From: an uncultured Chloroflexia bacterium
GTDB lineage: Bacteria; Chloroflexota; Anaerolineae; CG2-30-64-16
Direction: 5' to 3'
DNA: 64,000 nt
Assembly (NCBI GenBank): GCA_963810095.1
Contig: CAWEMM010000011.1
Span: 32,001 to 96,000 of the forward strand
In this document: one piece after another, positions 50,001-59,800 of the stretch
Position numbering within the stretch: position 1 is the first letter of the stretch
Layout: every line of letters starts with the position of its first letter
The notes under the pieces: model-generated
Databases searched by the model: none
What the model saw: only the letters and a program-made list of their open reading frames with translations
Told to the model about the DNA's origin: nothing
Translations under genes and position numbers: made by a program

Positions 50001-53000
50001 GAAGCGCCGGCCGTGACGCGGGCGGAAGTCCTGGCTGCCCCGGCCGAGACGAGGCCGGCCCTGCTCGTCGATGCGATCCGGACACATATCGCCGGCGTGC
50101 TCGATCTCCCCATCACGCGCATCACCGCCGACCAGCAGCTCAATCACCTGGGTCTCGACTCGATCATGGCCATCGAATTGAAGGGCCGGGTCGAGGCGGG
50201 CCTCCAGGTTGAACTGCCCATCGCGGTGCTGCTCGCAGGCCCCACGATCGAGGAGTTGGCGGGCACCTTGCTCGACCTGCTGGCCGGCGGGGCGGCCGGC
50301 GCGGCGGATGCACCCCCACTGGTGGCAGAAGAAGCACCGGACGACGCCGAAAATCGGGATTATCCCCTGTCGGCCGGCCAGGCTGCGATGTGGCTGCAGC
50401 ACCAGGTCGCGCCGGGCAGCGTATACAACCCGGTCTATGCGGCCAGGGTCGTGGGCGAGGTCGACATCGAGCGGCTGAGGCTCGCCTTCCAGCGGCTGGT
50501 CGATCGCCACCCCGCGCTGCGCACGACCTTTCACTCCGTCGCCGGCAGTCCCGTCCAGCGGGTCCATGCGACGATGGCGGTGTGCTTCGAGACCCTGCCC
50601 GCAAACGAGCCCGTGGATGCGGCGGACGCCGGTTCGCTGGAAGACCGGCTGGGCGCCCTGGCCTATCGGACGTTTGATCTCGAAAACGGGCCGCTGCTGC
50701 GCGTCTACGCGCTCGAGCGGGCGCGTCCGTCGGGAGCGCACGAGCACGTCCTGCTGCTGGCAGCGCACCACATCGTCGTCGACCTGTGGTCGCTCGCCAT
50801 TTTGGTCAGCGAAGCCGGCGCTCTGTATGCGGAGCCCGCTGCGGAGCTGGCGCCCGTCCCGCTGCGCTATACGGATTTTGTGCGCTGGCAGGGCGACCTC
50901 CTGGCGTCGGTATCGGGCGAGCGGATGCTGGCATACTGGCAGGACAAGCTGGCAGGCGAACTGCCCGTGTTGGAGCTGCCCACAGATCGCGCTCGCCCCA
51001 CTGTCCAGACCTTTGCGGGGTCCGTGGAGTCGCTGGATCTGGGCGAGGAGTTGACCCTGTCCGTCCGGGTCTTCAGCGAAGCGGCAGGCGTCACGCCGTA
51101 CGTCACCCTGCTTGCGGCCTTCCAGACGCTCATGCATCGCTATACGAACCAGGAAGATATTATCGTCGGGTCGCCCACCACCGGACGGAGCCGGGCGGCC
51201 CTTGGCGGGATCGCGGGCTATTTCGTGAGCCCGATTGCCGTGCGCGTGAGCTTTGCCGGGCGTCCGACGGGCGCGGACCTGGTGCAGCGCGTGCAGGAAG
51301 CGGCCCTGGGCGGGCTGGCTAACGCGGACTACCCGTTCCCACTCCTGGTGGAAAAGCTGCACCCCCGCCGCGATCCCTCGCGGACGCCCGTGTTCCAGGT
51401 CATGTTCGCGCTCCAACGCAGCCACTTGCTATACGAAGCAGGGCTGTCGCAGTTCGCCACGGGCGAATCGGGCATGCAGATGGCGCTGGGCGGCAAATCC
51501 GGCCCCACGCTCCGGCTCGAGTCGGTTGCCGTGCGCCAGCGGATGTCACCGTTCGACATGACGCTGCTCGTTGCCGACGGCGAGAAGTCGCTGGGCGTTG
51601 CCATCGAGTACAATCTGGACCTCTTCGACCCTGCGACGGCCCGCCGTATGCTCGGCCACTACAAGACGCTGCTCGCCGGCCTGGTCGCAGCGCCAGAGCG
51701 GGCCGTCGCCGAACTCCCGTTGCTGACGGCACCTGAACGCACGCAGATCCTCGGCGGGTGGAGCGCGGGTGCACTGCCCGACGCGCCCCTTCGCCACGCC
51801 TGCATCCACGGGGCGTTCGAGGCTCAGGTCGACGCGACGCCGGATGCGATCGCTCTGCACTACGATGCGGGCGACGGCGCACCTCCGCTTGTCTGGACCT
51901 ATCGGGAGCTGGACCAGCGTGCTAATGCGGTGGCGCACAGGCTCAGCGCGCTGGGCGTCGGACCCGAGCAGCGGGTGGCACTCTGCTTCGAACGGTCGCC
52001 CGAGATGATCGTGGCGATCCTGGGCACGCTGAAGGCCGGGGGCGCGTATATCCCGCTCGACCCTGCGGCGCCGCAAGAACGCCTTGCCCGGATCCTGGCC
52101 GATGCCCAACCCGTCGCCTGCCTCACGCACACGGCGGCACAGCAGGTCTTTCCGGGACTGGCGCAGGCTCACGTGCTTGTCGATGCCCTCGAGCCAGCAG
52201 CACCTGGGCTGGCCGATCGCCCCGCGTCGAACGCCGGCCCCCATAACCTGGCCTATATCATTTACACCTCCGGTTCGACAGGCACGCCCAAGGGCGTCAT
52301 GCTCGAACACGCGGGGGTTGTCAACCTGGTGCAGGCGCAGTTGGTCGCGTTCGACCTGGCGCCCACCGACCGGGTTTTCCAGTTCGCGTCGTATACCTTC
52401 GACGCATCGGTGTCCGAGATCTTCATTGCGCTGACCTCGGGTGCGGCGCTGCACGTCGGACGCCGCGACGTCGTGCTTTCTCCTGACAACCTGGCGCGGG
52501 TGCTGGCACGCGAACGGATCACGAACATCACGCTGCCGCCCACGCTGCTGCGGCTGCTGGACCCCGCCGCGCTGCCCCAGCTGCGCACCGTGATCTCGGC
52601 CGGGGACGCCTGTACTCCAGACATTGTCGAGAAGTGGGCGCAAGACCGCCGCTTGGTGAACGCGTATGGCCCCACCGAGACGACCATCGGCCCCACGTAC
52701 AACGTCGTGAGCGATCTTCGCACGGGCACGTCAAGCGGGACGGGCGCCCCCATCGGGCGGGCCATCCCCAACGTCCGCACGTACATTCTCGACCGCAACG
52801 GGCAGCCCCAGCCGCTCGGCGTGCCGGGCGAACTGCACATCGGCGGCGCCGGGCTGGCGCGCGGCTACGTGGGCCGGCCCGACCTGACCGCAGAAAAGTT
52901 CGTGCCTTGCCCGTGGAATCCCGCGCCGCAAGCGCAGACTGGGGAAGATCGACACGATCCTTCTCCCGCGCTGTCGGCTGAATCGGTGCTGTCTGCTCAA

Positions 53001-53870
53001 GCGGCGCTGTCTGCGTCTGGTTCCGGCGCGCGCCTCTACCGGACGGGCGACCTGGCCCGGTGGCTGCCCGACGGCCGGATTGAATTTGTCGGCCGGGCGG
53101 ATTACCAGCTCAAGATTCGCGGCTTCCGGGTCGAGCTAGGCGAGATCGAGGCGGTCCTGAGCAAAGCGCCCGGGATCAAGCAAGCCGTCGTGCTGGCCCA
53201 GCCGGCCCACGGCGACGGAGCCTCGGGGCACAAAAACGGCGCGGCGAACGGCGACGTCAGGCTCGTGGCATGCGTGGCCCAAGACGCCCTACACGGGCCC
53301 TCGGAAGGCGAAGTGCGGGGGTTCCTGCGCAGCCGCCTGCCCGACTACATGATGCCCGCCGCCTTCATTGCCATGGACAGCCTGCCTCTGAACGCCAGCG
53401 GCAAGGTGGACCGGGCGGCCCTGGAAAAAAGCGCAGCCTTGCTCGCGCCGGCAGGTGGCCGGGCAGCGACCGCAGAGTTGGTAGCGCCGCAGAACCAGCT
53501 AGAGCGCGATCTGGCCATGATCTGGCAACAGGTGCTCGGGCTCGAGCGAGTGAGCATCCACGACAACTTCTTCGATTTAGGCGGCCACTCGCTGCTCATG
53601 GCCCAGGCCCACAGCCGCCTGCAGGAGCGCCTCGGCCGCGAGGTGCCCATCGTGGACCTATTCCGCTACCCGACCATTCACCTCCTGGCCGCTTACCTGG
53701 CGGGTGGGGCCGGCGAAGCGGCTCCGGCCAGCGCAGCCCAGCAGGGGCAGGAACGGGGCCAGCAGAAGCGCCAGGCACTGCAACAGCGCGCCGAGCAGGC
53801 TCAGCGCGCGGAGCAGGCTCAGCGCGAACGGATGCTGCAACGCACGCCGCCACGTAAGGGCGGTAGGTAG
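47044..53870 (+). CDS. Hybrid PKS-NRPS, KS-AT(malonyl)-ACP-C-A-PCP (several frameshifts in the 5' half)
   Basis: [22 protein letters not shown]; GHSVG and HAFH; GLDSI; HHIVVDL; YTSGSTG, NAYGPTE, YRTGD; GGHSL. Confidence 0.9.
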
Positions 53871-53875
53871 ACAAT

Positions 53876-56800
53876 ATGACCGACGACTTCAACGCGGCGA
53901 TGAACCAAGGCGAACAGGCCGAAAACGACCCGCTGTCCAACGGCTGGTCCGAGTTCGACCTCGCCATTGTCGGCATGGCCGGCCGCTTCCCTGGCTCGCC
54001 CGACCTGGACGCGTTCTGGCGCAATCTGGTGGACGGAGTCGAGTGCGTCCGCCGGTTCACGGACGAGGAAGTGGCCGCGGCGGGCGTGGACCCTGCGCTG
54101 AGCAGCCAACCCCACTATGTCAAGGCGGGAGGCGTGCTCGAAGGCGCAGAGTGGTTCGACGCGCATTTCTTCGGCGTTTACCCCCGCGAAGCCGAGATCA
54201 TGGACCCCCAGCATCGTGTCTTCCTGGAGGTAGCGTGGCATGCGCTGGAGCATGCGGGATATGATCCGGCAACCTCCGAGTCGACAGGGGCAGGCGCTAT
54301 CGGCGTCTATGCGGGCTGCGGGCTCAACACCTACCTGATCTACAACCTGGCGCAGAACCGCGAGATTCGCGAGAACGTCCAGGGCTACCAACTGACCATT
54401 GCCAACGACAAGGACTACCTGCCGAGTCGGGTCGCCTACAAGCTGAACCTCCGTGGACCCGCCGTCAACGTGCAAACGGCTTGCTCCACCTCGCTCGTCG
54501 CCACCCACCTGGCCTGCCAGGCGCTGCTGAGCCACGACTGCGACATGGCGCTGGCCGGCGGCGTGACGGTGCGGCTGCCACAACAGGGCGGCTATTTGTA
54601 CCAGGAAGGCGGCATTATGTCGCCCGACGGGCACTGCCGTGCTTTTGACGCACAGGCCGCTGGCACGGTCGGCGGCAACGGCGTCGGCATCGTCGTGCTG
54701 AAGCGGCTGAGCGATGCGCTGGCGGACGGAGACACGATCCACGCGGTGATCAAGGGCACCGCGATCAACAACGACGGCTCGAACAAGGTCGGCTACACCG
54801 CGCCCAGCGTGGAAGGCCAAACCGGGGTGATTTCCGCCGCACACGCAGTGGCCAACGTCGACCCCAGCACCATTTCTTACGTCGAAACGCACGGCACGGG
54901 CACCGCGCTGGGCGACCCGATCGAGATCACCGCCTTGACCAACGCGTTCGGCCTGGCGGCCGGTCCGGATGATCTTCCGGCTCAAACGTGCGCCATTGGC
55001 TCGCTGAAGCCGAACGTGGGCCATCTCGATGCAGCGGCCGGCATCGCCGGCCTCATCAAGACGACACTCGCGCTGGAGAACGGGCAGATCCCGCCCAGCA
55101 TCAACTTCAGTGCGCCCAACCCACAGATCGACTTCGCCAAATCACCGTTTTATGTAAACGACAGGCTGAGCGAATGGCGATCAACGGGCGGCCATCGCCG
55201 GGCAGGCGTAAGCTCGTTCGGCATCGGCGGCACGAACGCGCACGTCGTCTTGGAAGAAGCGCCGCCCCCCGCCCCTGCCGGCGCCTCACGAGCTGCGCAA
55301 CTGCTGGTAGTTTCCGCAAAGACGGAAGCGGCGCTCGACGCAGCCACTGCCAACCTGGCCCAGTTCCTGGCAGACCGTCCGGCAGTCAACCTCGCGGATG
55401 CGGCCTATACGCTCCAGGTCGGACGCCAGCCGTTCGCCTACAGGCGGGTTGCCGTCGTGCGCGATCTGGCAGACGCCTGCGTCGTGCTCGAAGGCCGCGC
55501 GCCCGGCCGTTTGGTCGGCAATGGCGGCGCGGCCGGTGCGACAAGCGTCGCGTTCATGTTCACCGGGCAAGGCAGCCAGTATGCCGGCATGGGGCTCGGG
55601 CTGTACAAGGCGGAACCGGTCTTTCGCGACGCCGTGGATCGCTGTGCGGACATCCTGCGGCCTCACCTCGCGACTGATATCCGGGGCTTGATCTATCCGC
55701 GGGTTGCGGATGGTGCCGACGAACGCCTCAAGCAGACGGCCATGACGCAACCTGCGCTGTTCGTAGTCGAGTACGCGTTGGCGCAATTGTGGCTGGCGTG
55801 GGGCGTGAGGCCCGGCGCGATGATCGGCCATTCGATCGGCGAGTACGTGGCCGCACATCTCGCGGGCGTGATGTCTCTGGACGACGCACTTATGATCGTG
55901 GCGGCCCGCGGACGATTGATGGGCAGCCTGCCCGGCGGCTCGATGCTCGGCCTGCCCCTCGGCGAGGAGGACGCGCACGCGCTGCTGGTCCGCCACCCCC
56001 GGCTCGCCGTCGCCACGATCAACGCGCCCGGCATGGTCGTCGTGGCCGGCCCGGACGAGGCTGTCGAGTCCCTGGAGCAAGAACTGGCCGGCAAGAAGAT
56101 TGCAACCCGGCGGCTGCACACCTCCCACGCGTTCCACTCGGCTATGATGGACCCCATCCTCGCACCCTTCGCCGACGTCGTCCGTCGTGCCCGTCTGAGC
56201 GCGCCCGCCACACCGTATGTCTCGAACGTGACCGGCACGTGGATCACCGCCGCAGACGCGACCGATCCGGCCTACTACGCCCGCCATCTGCGCGGCGCAG
56301 TCCGCTTTGCCGACGGACTGGCCGCGTTGGCCGCCGAACCAAACCGGGCCTTCCTGGAAGTGGGCCCTGGGCCGACGTTGGCAGGCCTGGCCAAGGCACA
56401 CCCGGCGGTGGGCCGGGAGCGCCGTGTCGTGACGTCGCTGCGCCACCCCCGCGAAGCGGCCGACGACCTCGAGTTTATGCTCGGCGCGCTCGGGCAACTG
56501 TGGCTCGGGGGCATTGTGCCGCGCTGGGATGCGGCCGAGGAACGCGACGGTGCGCCGTGGGTCGCGTTCTACGGTGGCCAGAACCGGCACGAGCGGCGTC
56601 GCCGCATTCCGCTGCCCCTATACCCCTTCCAACGCGAGCGCTTCTGGGTGGAGCCCGACACGAAGCTTGGTGCGCCGGCCACGGACGAGAGTCGTGCAGC
56701 CAAGACGGCCGACATAGCGGGCTGGTTCTACGTGCCGTCCTGGCGCCGCATCCCCATGCCCCCGCGCTCCGACGCCTCGGGGTGGCAGGTGCTGGTCTTC

Positions 56801-59800
56801 GCACTCGGGCACGAGGCACTCGGGCACGAGGCACTCGGGGACGAGGCGCTGATGGATGAGGCTCTCGCAGACGAGGCCCACGAGGGCACCGTCCAACTCC
56901 TTGCGGCCCGTGCGTGCGGGCGACCGGTGGTGGTGCGGCCGGGTAGGGGCTTTGCCGAGGGAGCGGACGGCTTCACGGTCGAGCCAGGGGCGGTCGAGCA
57001 GTACGAGGCCCTGTTCCGCGCGCTCGAGGCCGAGGGTCGCCTGCCGCAGTCCATCCTGCACTTGTGGAGCGCGGGGCAGGGTCAGGACGAGAGCGCGGTC
57101 CAGTCGCACGGTTTCGACAGCCTGGTCGCGCTGGCGCGGGCCTGGGGCACCGTTGCCGGCAGCGCCGAGGTCCAGGTCGACGTGGTCACCAGGGGCATCT
57201 ACAGCGTGACGGGAGACGAGCCAACCACGCCCGCCGCGGCGATGATCCTCGGCGCAGCGCGTGTCATCGGGCAGGAGACTCCCGGGATTAAGGTGCGAGT
57301 GGTGGACCTGGCCGCGGGCGAAGAGAATGCAGCCTGGCTGGCCGACGTGGCGTTCACGGAGCACCGGCAGCAGGTCGTTGCGCTGCGCGGCCGGCACTGC
57401 TGGGCGCAAGGCTTCGAGCGGCTAGAGACCGGTTCGCCTGCCGGCGGCTCGTCGCGGCTGCGACAGCAGGGGGTTTACCTGATTACGGGCGGGCTGGGCC
57501 GGATCGGGCTGGTGCTTGCCGCCCACCTCGCCTCAAGCGTGCAGGCGCGGTTGGTCCTTGTGGATCGCATCGCGCTGCCCGAGCGCGACGCATGGCCCCG
57601 ACTGCTGGCGGACGGCGACCCGGGAGAGGACCCCGCGGCCGGGCCGGCCGCGGCGCTCCGAGCCCGCCTGCAGAAGGTGCTGGCGATCGAGGCGGCCGGT
57701 GGGGCGGTCCTCTCGCTCCAGGCCGACGTCGCCGATTCCGCGCAGATGGCCGCGGCGGTGGACGAGACCATTAGCCGGTTTGGTGCACTGCACGGGGTGA
57801 TCCACGCGGCGGGGACCGTGGGACAGGCCGCAATCCGCTCGATTTCAGAGACGGACGCTGCAGTTCGCGAGGCGCAACTTGGGCCGAAGGCCGGCGGTGC
57901 CTACGCGCTGGCCCAGGCCCTCGGAGCGCATGGCGGCGAACTCGATTTCGTGATCCTGATGTCCTCCGTGTCGACCGTCCTCGGCGGCCTTGGATTCGCC
58001 GCGTACGCGGGCGCCAACAGCGTTCTCGAAGCGTTTGCGCTTGAGCAGGCGCGAGCCGGCCACCCGTGGCTGAGCGTGGCGTGGGACGGCTGGGCATTTG
58101 CAGAGGAACGCGCGCTGGGCGCGGCCGCGGCAGGTGCGCTGGCCTTCGCCATCACCCCGGAAGAAGGCGTCGCCGTATTTGACCGGCTGCTGTCCGTCGT
58201 CGACCAGGGCGCAGTCGTCGTGTCGACCGGTGATCTCAATCTGCGACTTGTGCGCGCACAGGCAGGCGAGACGCGTCCCAAGCCCGCGGCGGGCGGCACG
58301 GAGAAACCGTCCGGCAAATACGCCCGACCTCACATGCGCACAGCGTACGTGGAACCGTCAGACGACGTGGAACGCGCGATCGCGGCCGACTGGGAAGGCA
58401 TCCTGGGGATCTCGCCGGTCGGCGTGCACGACGACTTCTTTGAGCTCGGTGGGCACTCGCTCCTGGCGACGCAGCTGGTGTCGCGGCTACGCGACGCGTA
58501 TCATGTCGAACTACCGCTGCGAAACCTGTTTGAGACGCCCACGATCGCCGGCCTGGCCGCGGCGATTCGCCGCGCGCAGGGTGCGGGCGCCGGGGCAGCC
58601 GAGGGACCGGCCGGTCCCAGCGCCCGCGAAGCTATCCTGCCGCTCCCCCGCGACGGCGAGCTGCCGCTGTCGTTCGGCCAGGAACGGTTGTGGTTCCTCG
58701 ACCAACTGGCCCCCGGCAGCGCCCTGTACAACAACTTCGCCGCCCTGAGGCTCAACCCCACGGGCGAGGGCGCACCCCTGGACCCGGCGCGGCTCGAATG
58801 GGCGCTCAACCAGGTTATCGCCCGCCACGAGGTGTTGCGCACGGTCTTCGGCGAGCGCGACGGTAAACCGACGCAGACCATCTTGCCCGCCATTCCGGTC
58901 TCGGTCCCCGTGATCGACGTCGCTACGATGGAGGACCCGCAGGGGGCCGGGCAGCGCGTGGAGGACCTGGCGCGGGAAGAGGCGCGGGCGCCCTTCGACC
59001 TGGGCAAGGGCCCACTCCTGCGCGCGAAGCTGCTGCGCACGGGCGCGGACGAATATGTCTTGTTCTTCACCATGCACCACATCGTATCTGACGGGTGGTC
59101 GGTGGGCGTGCTCATCCAAGAGGTCGTCCGGTTCTACGAATCGGGCGGCGACACGGTTCTCGCGCCGCTTCCAATCCAATATGGGGACTACGCGGCGTGG
59201 CAGCGGGAGTGGCTGGGCCGCGTTCGGGAAGAGCAGCTGGCGTACTGGCGCGGCCGGTTGACCCCCGAGCCTGAGCCGCTGGAGCTGGCAACCGACCGCC
59301 CCCGGCCCGCGGTGCAAACCTCGAACGGGGCCAACTACTGGTTCAGCGTCGCCCCGCGCACGCATCGCAAGCTGGAGGCGCTGGCGCAAGGCGAGGGCGC
59401 CACCCTGTTCATGGCGCTGCTGGCCGGGCTCCAGGCCCTGCTGCACCGCTACACAGGCCAGGAAGACATCTGCGTCGGAACACCGGTGGCGAACCGGGAC
59501 CGGAGCGAGACCGAAGGTTTGATCGGCTTCTTGCTCAACACGTTGGTGCTCCGCACCGATCTGTCGCCGGCGCCCGGTGCAGCCGGTGTCAGCTTCCGCG
59601 AGCTCCTCGGCCGGGTGCGTGAGGTGGCCTTGGGCACGTACGCGCACCAGGACCTGCCGTTCGAGAGCCTGGTCGAAGGTGCTCTGCACGGCGGTCTCCA
59701 GCCGGCCCGGGATATGAGCCGCTCGCCCTATTTCCAGGTCATGTTCGACCTGCAGGCCGCGCCCCTCGCAGGGATCACGCTGCCGGGCATGTCGCTCGCA

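Noticed and set aside
53859-53870. GGCGGTAG as an RfaH ops site inside the cluster
   Set aside because: It lacks the terminal TG of GGCGGTAGnnTG, lies in the last codons of a gene, and is expected by chance at this GC content.
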